A stretch of DNA of 64,000 nucleotides from Eledone cirrhosa (GCA_964016885.1 OZ024742.1:105462001-105526000); one strand, 5' to 3'. Counted from the first letter of the stretch, positions 1-13,349 are shown. Translations and numbers: made by a program. Notes: generated from the letters alone by a model not told the origin.

Positions 1-360
<360 letters not shown>

Positions 361-2838
361 CATCATCATCATCATCACCGTTTTACGTCCGTTCTTCCAC
401 GCTAGCATGGGTTAGACGGGTTGTCCTGTTGTGGGCAGTGTCTGGTCGGCTGACCATGCCTTGCTCATACAGGAACTGATTTGGCTTGATTTCTACAGCT
501 GGATGCCCTTTCTAACACTAACCTCATTTACAGTGAGTGCTGGGTGCTTTTTCGTGGCGCCTTCATGTCCACTTTACAGTGTGGGCTGGGTGCTTTTTTG
601 CTGTGGCACCTCCACGATCACCTTGCGGTGGGGGGTGTGGGGCATATTGTCTATATGCTTCAGCTTGTACCCATGGGAGGTCGGGTACTCTGTATTACTG
701 CATGACGCCAGAAGTCATGGTCGTGTGTCATTGCCTTTGAGAGGTGTAATTGGGTAAGGTCGGCTTTTATCACCTCATCTCAAGTCATCTTAGGTCTCCC
801 CACTCCGCGGTTTCCATCAACTTCTAGTGCTCTGCACCTTTTTATGCAGCTGTCATCCTTCATATGCATCACATGTGCATACCAGCGCAACCGCCTCTCC
901 TGCACACAGCATTTGATTCCTCTTATGCTCAGTCTCTCTCTCAATTCATTTATGCTTTGTCATTCACGTATATTACTGTTACACATCCATTGGAGCATGC
1001 AGGTAGTAGTTCCCTAAACTTCTTCCATCCCGTTTTTACCCTAGTTATTGTACTTTCTGAACACCCACCTCCGCTGCTAATTCGGTCACCTAGGTAGCAG
1101 AAGCTGTCTACTGTTTCTACAGAGCCCTCCCAGAGATTGGTGGTACTTGTTTCCTGTGGCTGTTTGCTGCTTGATGTCTCAGCACAGCTGCTGCATGTGA
1201 AGCCTACATTCTTAATTAAGCTTCCTGAGATCCCGCTACATCTCTTGTGTACCCATTGTTTGCATATGGGGCAGAAAATGTAGTTCCTACCTGCACCTTT
1301 TTATGCAGCTGTCATCCTTCATATGCATCACATGTGCATACCAGCGCAACCGCCTCTCCTGCACACAGCATTTGATTCCTCTTATGCTCAGTCTCTCTCT
1401 CAATTCATTTATGCTTTGTCATTCACGTATATTACTGTTACACATCCATTGGAGCATGCAGGCTTCGTTTCTCTCTAATCTACGTAAGTCTTCCACCTTC
1501 AGCGCCCAGGTCTCACTACCATGCAACATTGCTGTTCGGATACACGCATCATACAGTCTGCCTTTCATTCTGAGGGAGAAGCCTTTTGCAGCTAGCAGTG
1601 GTAGTAGTTCCCTAAACTTCTTCCATCCCGTTTTTACCCTAGTTATTGTACTTTCTGAACACCCACCTCCGCTGCTAATTCGGTGACCTAGGTAGCAGAA
1701 GCTGTCTACTGTTTCTACAGAGCCCTCCCAGAGATTGGTGGTACTTGTTTCCTGTGGCTGTTTGCTGCTTGATGTCTCAGCACAGCTGCTGCATGTGAAG
1801 CCTACATTCTTAATTAAGCTTCCTGAGATCCCGCTACATCTCTTGTGTACCCATTGTTTGCATTTGGGGCAGAGAATGGAGTTCCTACCTACACCTTTCC
1901 TACATACTGAGCAAGGTCATTTCCCTGAGGGGATCTGGGTTCTGTTTTCTCGTCTACTTACAAGGACCTTAGTCTTTGTCATGTTGACTTTGAGACCCTT
2001 TCTTTCTAGTCCCTGCTTCCAAGTTTGGAATTTCTTCTCTAGTTCTACCATAGATTCAGCTATAAGTGCGAGGTCATCAGCATACAGGAGTTCTCATGGG
2101 CTTCCGGTCTTAAACTCCTCCGTTATTGCCTGCAGGACTATGATGAACAGGAGGGGGCTAAGAACAGAGCCCTGGTGAACCCCAACCTGTACGCTAAATT
2201 CCTCGCTATACTCATTGCTAATCCTAACTTTGCTGACTGCTCCCCTATACATGGCTTGTACCGCTTTCACAAGCCATTCATCTACTCCTAGTTTTCTAAG
2301 AGCCCACCAGATTACAGCACGTGGAACTCTGTCAAAGGCTTTCTCAAGGTCGACAAATGCCAAGTAGAGTGGCTTACTTTTAGCTAGGTACTTTTCCTGT
2401 AGCTGCCTCACAAGGAAGAGGACATCAGTGGTGCCTCTTCCTGGTACAAACCCAAATTGCATCTTGTCTATTTTCACCCGGTCCCTAATCAACTGTGCTA
2501 TAACTCTTTCTGTTACTTTCATGACCTGGTCCATCAGCTTTATACCTATATAGTTTCCTCTATCTAGTGCATCACCTTTACCTTTGTAGCAGTTGACAAT
2601 GATGCTACTGCACCAATCTTTTGGTATGACACCTTCTAGTATTACCTAGTTACCAATACGTGTGGTTATAGTGTGACCTACAGACCCAGATGCCTTCAGC
2701 ATCTCAGCAGCTATACCCGATGGACCGGTTGCCTTCCCCTTCTTCATATCTTTGATTGCCTTACTTACTACGTTGCTGCTGACTTGTACTGCTGGCCCCT
2801 CTATAGGGTCTACTTGGGGTAGGGTCTCTTCTTCCCAT
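361..2838 (-). mobile_element. 5'-truncated, internally rearranged RTE-clade LINE (RT, C-terminus and 3' UTR), non-functional
   Basis: (CAT)n tail at 361-377; highly similar by eye to 58929-60928; ORF 2094-2534 carries RT motifs QFGF, AFVDLEKAFDRV, QGSVLSP; TGG->TGA stop at 2094 just before YADD; both ends abut (TA)n. Confidence 0.95.
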
Positions 2839-3410
<572 letters not shown>

Positions 3411-3476
3411 GATGTAATCTGAATTTTATAGATGTAATCTGAATAGTATGCTAGAATATTAAATGTTAAGCGTGAA

Positions 3477-3516
3477 TTGAACAAGTACTTTCATGCTTTC
3501 GCAATCTTCAGGTTCT
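3477..3516 (-). ncRNA. Minimal type I hammerhead ribozyme motif
   Basis: Minus strand reads GAAC-CUGAAGA-U-UGC(GAAA)GCA-U-GAAA-GUAC-UU-GUUC: stem I GAAC/GUUC, stem II UGC/GCA, palindromic stem III AAGUACUU. Confidence 0.7.
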
Positions 3517-3807
3517 ATTCTGTGGTGACAGTCAAATTTGCAATTTTCAACTGTAATGAGATGGGTAAATTTTGTGCCATATATACAATGAAAAGCGGCT
3601 ACAGAATGCTAAATTTTGCAAACTGTATTTCGACTAATTGGATTACTGAAGCTGATTGGTTTAGGCGTCATGGTTGGTTGAGCATGTCTAACGACTTCTA
3701 TTTGGCTCTATCCAAAGCATCAATTGTTTTGCTATTTTTAGAAATGATGTAAATAACATTTTCTAGGGTTTTTATACCCCTAGGAATTATTATTGTTCAT
3801 TTAGCTA

Positions 3808-3846
3808 TGAACCTGATGATTGCGAAAGCATGAAATTACTTGTTCA
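3808..3846 (+). ncRNA. Minimal type I hammerhead ribozyme motif (inverted partner of 3477-3516)
   Basis: UGAAC-CUGAUGA-U-UGC(GAAA)GCA-U-GAAA-UUAC-UU-GUUCA; 5-bp stem I; stem III palindrome broken by one change. Confidence 0.65.
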
Positions 3847-4039
3847 ATTAACACTTAATATTCTACCATACTATTTCATTATAATTTTAAAGGATTGTAA
3901 ATAAAACGAGTAAATCAGACAAAGCTGGAATTCCTTTTATTAATATAATCTTCTACACACAATCATACACACCCGTGTATATTTATTTATATATATATAT
4001 ATATAGCTTTTAAGCTATTTTGTAGTATCTCTGTTCAGG

Positions 4040-4185
4040 AACACACCACTTATATTAAATTTATCTCCCTGGAGCTTTGTAAAAGTCTGAGAGATTGGCT
4101 ACATATATTTTTTTTTGTTTAGATGGAAGACAAAACAAAGAAGATGAATACAAAGATGAAGAAGAGAAAGATAAAGATGAAGAAC
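4040..4185 (+). repeat. Dispersed repeat block 1 of 3 (others about 6715-6915 and 7110-7340): conserved leader, acceptor-like TTTAG|ATGG, purine-rich tract
   Basis: Shared ATTAA..TATCTCC..TTT.GT.AAAGTCTGAGAGAT..GC.A.ATAT..TTTT..TTTAGATGG in all three blocks. Confidence 0.75.
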
Positions 4186-4187
4186 CT

Positions 4188-4472
4188 CACTGCACCGCAC
4201 CGCACTGCACCACACCACATCGCAGTGCACCGCACCACATCACACCACACTTCGCCACACTACATAAAAACATACAACACTACACCACACTACTCCACAC
4301 CACAACACACCACTCCACACCACAACACAACACAACACACCACACCACACTACTCCACATAAAAACACACCACACTACTCCACACCACATAACACCACAA
4401 CACAACACACCACATCTCACTACATCACACCACATAAAAACACACCACACTATTCCACACCACATAACACCC
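4188..4472. repeat. Degenerate pentamer microsatellite (CACAC/CACTA/CAACA)n
   Basis: 5-nt periodicity visible. Confidence 0.9.
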
Positions 4473-4814
4473 AAAATGTTTTCCTCATCTTTTTTTCATG
4501 TGTTATCAACTAATCTGATCTCCAAGATGTTTGTTATTGACTCTCTCTTCATGGAAAACTTAGGTGGATGCACTTCTCTCATTTAACCCCAGAGTTTTCT
4601 CTAAGATTTTTCGTATGTTATCAACGAATATGACCTCCAAACCAGTTGGAAATGATTAGTTGTTCTAGAAAAAAGGAGGGGTAAAGCAGGTGGAAAAACC
4701 ATTGTCGTTTTGTAGATATATTCCCTAATGATTTTTCTTCGGTCTCCTTTTGAGTGCTATCAACTAATCTGACCTTTTAGTTGCTCTGAATCAATTTTTT
4801 TCCTGGGATTTGGA

Positions 4815-5173
4815 AACTAAAACTAAATTAAACATAAAATTAAATCTAGCCCCAACCCTAAACTCTAAATCTAAACCAAACCAAGCTAAATCTAAATATA
4901 AACATTACCCCAACCCTTAAACTAAACCCTAAACTATACCCCAACCATAAAACTAAACCCTAAACATTACCCCAACCCTAAAACTAAACCCTAAACTTTA
5001 CCCCAAACCTAAAACTAAACCCTAAACTTTACCCCAAACCTAAAACTAAACCCTAAACTTTATCCCAACCCTAAAACTAGACCCTAAATATTACCCCAAC
5101 ACTAAAACTAAACCCTAAACTTTACCCCAACCCTAAAACTAAACCCTAAACATTACCCCAACCCTAAACCTAA
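4815..5173. repeat. 31-bp CCCTAA-rich minisatellite (AACCCTAAAACTAAACCCTAAACTTTACCCC), about 8 good copies plus degenerate ones
   Basis: Directly visible; forms the loop of the foldback element. Confidence 0.9.
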
Positions 5174-5229
5174 CCCAGGGAAATAAGTTGATTGGAAGCA
5201 TCTAGGAGGTCAGATTAATTAATAGCACT

Positions 5230-5308
5230 GGAAATAGCATAGGAAATAGCATAGGAAATAGCATAGGAAATAGCATAGGAAATAGCACAGGAAATAGCAC
5301 AGGAAATA
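5230..5308. repeat. 12-bp tandem repeat (GGAAATAGCATA)x6
   Basis: Directly visible inside the right arm. Confidence 0.95.
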
Positions 5309-5574
5309 TACCGAAAATGATTAAGTCCCACAACATGTGAGTGGGGTGTAGATCTGCAAAACTCTTCCCCTCTCCCTCTCCTCTTTCTCCAAAGCTAGTT
5401 GTTTTTGACTGGTTTGGAAGTCATATTCACTGATAACGCATGAAAATAGAATCAAAGAGAAAATTCCGAGTAAGCAGGGGTTATCCGGGTAAAGGGCGAA
5501 CCACCTCACCCCGCCGTTTTCCTGGGGGGAAAAACTCAGTTTCAAGCATCTTGGAGATTGGATTAGTTGATAGC

Positions 5575-6328
5575 ACATCTCATCTCATCTCATCTCATCT
5601 CATCTCGTCTTGCCTCGCCTCGCAAAGCCTCACCTCGCCTCGCCTCGCCTCGCCTTGCTTCGCCTCGCCTCGCCTCGCCTCGCCTCGCCTCGCCTCGCCT
5701 CGCCTCGCCTCGCCTCGCCTCGCCTCGCCTCGCCTCGCCTCGCCTCGCCTCGCCTCGCCACGCCTCGCCTCGCCACGACTTGCCACGCCACGCCTCGCAA
5801 TGCCTCGCCACGCCTCGCCTCGCCACGCCTCGCCTCGCCACGCCTCGCAAAGCCTCGCGTTGCAAAGCCTCGCCTCGCAAAGCCTCGCCTCGCAAAGCCT
5901 CGCAAAATCCTCGCCTCTCCTCGCAAAGCCTCGCCTCGCCTCATTTCACCACACCACATTTCATCACATCACATTTCATCACATCACATTTCATCAAATC
6001 ACATCACATTTCATCACATGCCATCACACCACATGCTACCACACTACATCCCACCACACTCCACTACACCATATCCCCCACCCTACATTGAACCACACTC
6101 CACTACACCACACCACTGTCCACTACACTAAACCACACTCCACTACACTACACTACACCACTCCACTACACTACACCACCCCACTGTCCACTACACTAAA
6201 CCACACTCCACTACACTACACCACACCACACCACTGTCCACTACACTAAACCACACTCCACTACACTACACCACTGTCCACTACACTAAACCACACTCCA
6301 CTACACTACACCACACCACACCACTGTC
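5575..6328. repeat. Compound pentamer array CATCT -> CGCCT -> CATCA/CATTT -> CACTA/CACCA
   Basis: 5-nt period persists while the unit changes; the PRLAS/RGEAR ORFs are translations of it. Confidence 0.93.
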
Positions 6329-7223
6329 TATTCGACTGTTTTCTATTTCGTAGGTATGTCCAGTTACAGTAAGAGAAAGAAAGTTATTTCAAAGGATCTG
6401 AGTAAGTAAACACTTCATTGACCATCATTTTAAGCAGAATCTCAGTGTAGTTTTAAATTGACCTTTTCATATGATTACACCTCAGTCTTAACTTAATCAC
6501 CTGTAGATGGATGCTACATGTAATGTTAAAATTAGTTAAACACTGTTTCCCCCTTCTCATCACATGTGGATGCTACATGTGTATTGTTAACATTAATCTA
6601 ACGTTGTGCCCCCCCCCCTGCCTCACGATATCATACCACACCACATCACACCATGTTGTACCACACCAGACCACATAACACCATGCTATACCACATATAT
6701 ATATATATATATATGAGCTCCCCACTCGTTATATTAACTGTATCTCCTCGGTGTTTCGTGAAAGTCTGAGAGATCAGCTATATATTTGTTTACAATTTTT
6801 TTTTATATTTAGATGGAAAAGAAGAAAAAGACGACGAAGCAGACGACTAAAATGAAAATAACAACAAAGACAAAGAAGACACGGGAAACGAAGATGACGA
6901 AAAGAAGAAGAAAGTATGATCTCAGTTCAGCCTAAACCTAATGATTTATAGATATGATCTTAGTTCAGTCTTAACCTAATGACCTGTAGATATGATCTAT
7001 TTAGGTTTAACTTAAACATTTAAAGATATTTGTATATACTTTTGTTGATGTTTGACATTGTTTTTTAGTTATGAAATAGCTTATAAGCTACATTATAGGA
7101 TCACAGTGCATGAGCACACTGCTCTTTAAATTAACTTTATCTCCTCAGCACTTTGTAAAGTCTGAGAGATAGGCAACATATATGTTTTACATTCTTTGTT
7201 TTTGGTATTTAGATGGCAGAGGA

Positions 7224-7318
7224 GAAGTCAAAGGCACAGAAGAAGTCAAAGGCACAGAAGAAGTCAAAGGCACAGAAGAAGTCAAAGGCACAGAAGAAAA
7301 CAAAGGCACAGAAGAAGA
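7224..7318 (+). repeat. 18-bp tandem repeat (GAAGTCAAAGGCACAGAA)x5
   Basis: Directly visible; would encode EVKGTE repeats in the acidic frame. Confidence 0.93.
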
Positions 7319-7612
7319 CAAAGAAAATGAACAAGAACAATTATTATTACTATTATTATTGTTATTATTATTTGTATTATTATAATCAAACTAAGCCACA
7401 CTACATCAACCTATACCATACCACACCACACTGACAAACATTATACCATACCACATTATCCAACACCACACTACGAAACACTGTACGACCTCACATCAGA
7501 CCATTCTATGAAACAATATACCATACTACACTATACAACAATAGACAACACCACACAAGACTATGAAACACTATACTTTACCACACTATATCACACCACT
7601 CAAGTTAGAGAG

Positions 7613-10600
7613 GATCAACTTTTTTCCTGGAAAGTAGAAAACCTAACTTTAAACTAAAACCGAACTTTAAAAATAACACTTACCCTAACACTTGCACTCA
7701 CACATGCTCTAACACTTGCACTCACACATGCTCTAACAGTGAACTTAGCGCTAACATGAAAACTAACACAAACACAAAATCTGAAAACTAACATTAAATA
7801 GAAAACTAACACAAACACTAACCTGAACACTAACACTAATACAAACACTAACACTAACCTGAACACTTACACTAAAACTAACATTGGCACAAACATTAGC
7901 CTGAACACTAGCACTAAAACTAACACTACCATAAACACTAACACTGACCTGAGCACTAACACTAAAAGTAATACTAACACAAACACTAATCTGAAAACTG
8001 ATACTAACCAGAAAACTAAGCTAACATTAACTTCAACACTAAAACAAACACTAACGCTAACAGAGATACTAACACAAATATTAACACAAAAACAAACACT
8101 AACACAATCTCTAACACTAACCTCAACACTAACACTAAAACTAACATTAACTTGAACACTAACTCTAACCTGAAAACTAAGTTAACATTAACCTGAACAC
8201 TAACATAAACACTAATGCTAACACTAACAGAAATACTAATGCTAACATTAACGCTAACCTTAACACAAAAACAAAGACTAACGCTAACACAATCACTAAC
8301 ACTAATGGAAACATCAAACACTGATGCTAACAGAGATACTAACACAAATATTAACACAAAAACAAACACTAACACTAACCTTAACACTAAAACTAACACT
8401 AACACTAACCTGAACACTTACACTAAAACTAACACTAACAGAGATACTAACACAAATATTAACACTAACACAATCTCTAACACTAAAACTAACATTAACT
8501 TGAACACTAACACTAACCTGAAAACTAAGCTAACATTAACCTGAACACTAACACAAACAGTCATGCTAACACTAACAGAAATACTAATGCTAACACAAAA
8601 ACAAAAACAAAGACTAATGCTAACACAATCACGAACACTAATGGAAACATCAATCACTAATGCTAACAGAAATACTAACACAAATATTAACACAAAAACA
8701 AACACTAACACAATCTCTAACACTAACCTTAACACTAAAACTAACATTAACTTGAACACTAACTCTAACCTGAAAACTAAGCTAACATTAACCTGAACAC
8801 TAATATAAACACTAATGCTAACACTAACAGAAATACTAATGCTAACATTAATGCTAACCTTAACACAAAAACAAAGACTAACGCTAATACAATCACTAAC
8901 ACTAATGGAAACATCAAACACTAATGCTAACAGAGATGCTAACACAAATATTAACACAAAAACAAATACTAACACTAACCTTAACACTAACACTAACTTG
9001 AACACTTACACTAAAACTAACACTAACAGAGATACTAACACAAATATTAACACTAACACAATCTCTAACACTAAAACTAACATTAACTTGAACACTAACA
9101 CTAACCTGAAAACTAAGCTAACATTAACCTGAACACTAACACAAACACTCATGCTAACACTAACAGAAATACTAATGCTAACATTAACACAAAAACAAAA
9201 ACAAAGACTAATGCTAACACAATCACTAACACTAATGGAAACATCAATCACTAATGCTAACAGAGATACTAACACAAATATTAACACAATCTCTAACACT
9301 AACCTTAACACTAAAACTAACATTAACACAAACATAACTTGAACACTAACACTAACCTGAACACTTACACTAGCACTAAAACTAACACTACCATAAACAG
9401 TAACACTGATCTGAGCACTAACAGTAACACTAACACTACCATAAAAACTAACACTAACCTGAACACTAACACTAAAACTAACACAAAAACTGATACTAAC
9501 CAGAAAACTAAGCTAACATTAACCTCAACACTAAAACAAACACTAACATTAACAGAAAAACAAAGACTAGCACTAACACTAATGGAAATACTAACACAAA
9601 CATTAACACAAAATAAAACACTAACACTAATGGAAAAAATAACACTAAAATTAACACTACCGTAAACACTAACACTAACACTAAAACTGACATTAACACG
9701 AACATTAACCTGAACACTAACACTACCACTAAAACTAACACTACCATAAACCACTAACCTGAGCACTAACACTAATACAAACACTAACACTAACCTGAAC
9801 ACTTACACTAAAACTAACACTACCATAAACACTAACACTGACCTGAGCACTAACACTAAAAGTAACACTAACACAAACACTAATCTGAAAACTGATACTA
9901 ACCAGAAAACTAAGCTAACATTAACTTCAACACTAAAACAAACACTAACGCTAACAGAGATACTAACACAAATATTAACACAAAAACAAACACTAACACA
10001 ATCTCTAACACTAACCTCAACACTAACACTAAAACTAACATTAACTTGAACACTAACTCTAACCTGAAAACTAAGCTAACATTAACCTGAACACTAACAT
10101 AAACACTAATGCTAACACTAACAGAAATACTAATGCTAACATTAACGCTAACCTTAACACAAAAACAAAGACTAACGCTAACACAATCACTAACACTAAT
10201 GGAAACATCAAACACTAATGCTAACAGAGATACTAACACAAATATTAACACAAAAACGAATACTAACACTAACCTTAACACTAAAACTAACACTAACACT
10301 AACCTGAACACTTACACTAAAACTAGCACTAACATAAATACTAACACAAATATTAACACAAAAACAAACTCTAACACAATCTCTAACACTAAAACTAACA
10401 TTAACTTGAACACTAACCTGAAAACTAAGCTAACATTAACCTGAACACTAACACAAACACTCATGCTAACACTAACAGAAATACTAATGCTAACATTAGC
10501 ACAAAAACAAAGACTAACGCTAACACAATCACTAACACTAATGGAAACATCAATCACTAATGCTAACAGAGATACTAACACAAATATTAACACAAAAACA

Positions 10601-13349
10601 AACACTAACACAATCTCTAACACTAACCTCAACACTAACACTAAAACTAACATTAACTTGAACACTAACTCTAACCTGAAAACTAAGCTAACATTAACCT
10701 GAACACTAACATAAACACTAATGCTAACACTAACAGAAATACTAATGCTAACATTAACGCTAACATTAACACAAAAACAAAGACTAACGCTAACACAATC
10801 ACTAACACTAATGGAAACATCAATCACTAATGCTAACAGAGATACTAACACAAATATTAACACAAAAACAAACACTAACACAATCTCTAACACTAACCTC
10901 AACACTAACACTAAAACTAACATTAACTTGAACACTAACTCTAACCTGAAAACTAAGCTAACATTAACCTGAACACTAACATAAACACTAATGCTAACAC
11001 TAACAGAAATACTAATGCTAACATTAACGCTAACCTTAACACAAAAACAAAGACTAACGCTAACACAATCACTAACACTAATGGAAACATCAAACACTAA
11101 TGCTAACAGAGATACTAACACAAATATTAACACAAAAACAAACACTAACACAATCTCTAACACTAACCTTAACACTAAAACTAACATTAACACAAACATA
11201 ACTTGAACACTAACACTAACCTGAACACTTACACTAGCACTAAAACTAACACTACCATAAACAGTAACACTGATCTGAGCACTAACAGTAACACTAACAC
11301 TACCATAAAAACTAACACTAACCTGAACACTAACACTAAAACTAACACGAAAACTGATACTAACCAGAAAACTAAGCTAACATTAACCTCAACACTAAAA
11401 CAAACACTAACATTAACAGAAAAACAAAGACTAGCACTAACACTAATGGAAACACTAACACAAACATTAACACAAAATAAAACACTAACACTAATGGAAA
11501 AAATAACACTAAAACTAACACTACCGTAAACACTAACACTAACACTAAAACTGACATTAACACGAACATTAACCTGAACACTAACACTACCACTAAAACT
11601 AACACTACCATAAACCACTAACCTGAGCACTAACACTAAAAGTAACACGAGCCCTAACCTGAAAACTAACACTAACCAGAAAACTAAGTCAACATTAATC
11701 GGAACACTAACACAAACACTAACACTAACCTGAACACTAACACTAACGCTAACACTAATACAAAATCAAACACTAACACGAACACTAATGGAAACACTAA
11801 CACTAACGCCAACGCTGACACTGACGAAGATGGCTATGCTGGCACAAACGCTAGCGCAAATGTTGACACAATCACTTACGCTGACACAAACACTAACGTG
11901 AATACTGATGCAGGTGCAAAGGCGAATGCTGACAAAGACTCTGACGCACACGCTGATGTAAATGCTACACAGACTCTAACGCTGACGTGGACACTGACAC
12001 AAATGCTCACGCTGATGCAAACACTAAAGCAAATGCAGACACTAATGCATACACAGACGCAAATGTTGATGCAGATGTTAAAGCAAACGCAAATGCTGAC
12101 GCAAACGATGACAGCGATGCTAATGTGAACCTTAATGCAGACGTAAACATTGATGTAGAAGCTAACGTAAACGCTGACGTAGAAGCTAACAAAACGCTGA
12201 CGTAGTTGTTAACGTAGAAGCAGGCGTAGAAGTTAGCGTTTACCCTTACCGCCGAAGCTGATCTCCAAAACGCAATTGCTGATGCGGATTGCTGAAGCCA
12301 AAGCCAAGCTAACGCTGACGCAAATGTTGAGGCAGTTTTGCCGGCGCTGACGTGTATGCTGACGCTAATGCAAATGCTGATGCGGACGCTAGGGCTAAGG
12401 CTAACGCTGATGCAAATGCTGAAGTTAACGCTTACATGGGATATGCAGATGCTGCAATGATGCGGACGCCACAGGAAAGGTTGATGGAAACGCCAATGCT
12501 AACGGAAAACGCTGACGTAGACGTTACGGAAACGCTGACGTAGAAGCTAACGTAAACACTGACACAGACACTAATGTAAATGCTGACACAGATGCTAACG
12601 TAAACACTGACGTTAACTGAAACGCTGACGCTGATGTAGATGTAAATACTGACGCTGACACAGACGTGGTCGGAAACGCTGACGTAGAAGCTAATGGAAA
12701 CACTGACATAGATGCTAACGGAAACGCTGCCGTAGAAGCTAACAGAAACACTGACACAGACGCTAACGGAAATGCTGACAAAGACGTTAAAGGAAACGCT
12801 GTCGCAAACGCTAATGCTAATGTGAATGCTGATGCAGATGATAACCCCCTACACAAATGCAAACGCTGACGCTAACACTGACTCAAACACTAATGCAAAT
12901 GCTGACGTGCACGCTGACACTGAGGGAAATGCTGACACTGACACAAGTGCTGACGCGGACGCTAATGATAATGCTGACTCAGAAGCTGACGTAGACGCAG
13001 GCACTGAAACAAACACTAATGCTAACACTAATGTTGACTCAGACACTAAGGGAAATGCTGACACAATCACTATCACCAGTGCAGACGCTGACGCAAATGC
13101 TGACATAGATGCTGACACTTACGCAAACACTAACGCAGATGCTAACACCAGTCTACATAGACACTAACACAAAAGCTTACATAGACGCTTATGCAGACAG
13201 TAACGCAAACAGAAACTGTAAGAGTAACAGTTACAGTAACACTAACAGTGACAGTAATGCTAACAGTAACACAGTCACTAACAATAAACTTATCATTAAC
13301 AGTAACACTAACCCTAAATCTAACATTAACCCAGAGAAAAAAGTCGATT
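7613..13349. repeat. 5.7-kb hexamer-based (AACACT-type) array with higher-order 250-350 bp and about 1.9 kb duplications, bounded by short inverted repeats
   Basis: Near-identical ORFs 8016-8417 vs 9910-10311 (offset 1894) and 9339-9665 vs 11203-11529 (offset 1864); ends GATCAACTTTTTTCCTGG and CCAGAGAAAAAAGTCGATT. Confidence 0.92.

Larger units (their letters stand above)
3441..3875. mobile_element. Inverted-repeat unit with arms of about 70 bp carrying hammerheads; probable Penelope-like pseudo-LTR remnant
   Basis: 3441-3516 is the reverse complement of 3808-3875 with few mismatches and one indel; the spacer has several ATTGG (CCAAT) boxes. Penelope assignment is inferred from the known association of minimal hammerheads with Penelope pLTRs. 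Confidence 0.55.
4473..5578. mobile_element. Foldback/MITE-like element: degenerate inverted arms (about 4473-4807 and 5174-5578) around a telomere-like minisatellite
   Basis: Three reverse-complement matches in nested order: 4498-4532 vs 5545-5578, 4613-4680 vs 5370-5441, 4753-4807 vs 5174-5229. Confidence 0.8.

Noticed and set aside
4815-5173. True or interstitial telomere
   Set aside because: The unit is a 31-bp composite, not (CCCTAA)n, and it is enclosed by inverted arms.
5440-6249. 269-aa SPRLA-repeat protein
   Set aside because: Pentamer microsatellite open in several frames on both strands.
7105-7170. Intronic C/D-box snoRNA in the conserved leader (CTGA near the acceptor)
   Set aside because: No RTGATGA box C in any of the three copies.
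8016-11672. Hydrophobic LV/SV-repeat membrane protein ORFs
   Set aside because: Antisense translations of the hexamer array with recurrent frame shifts.
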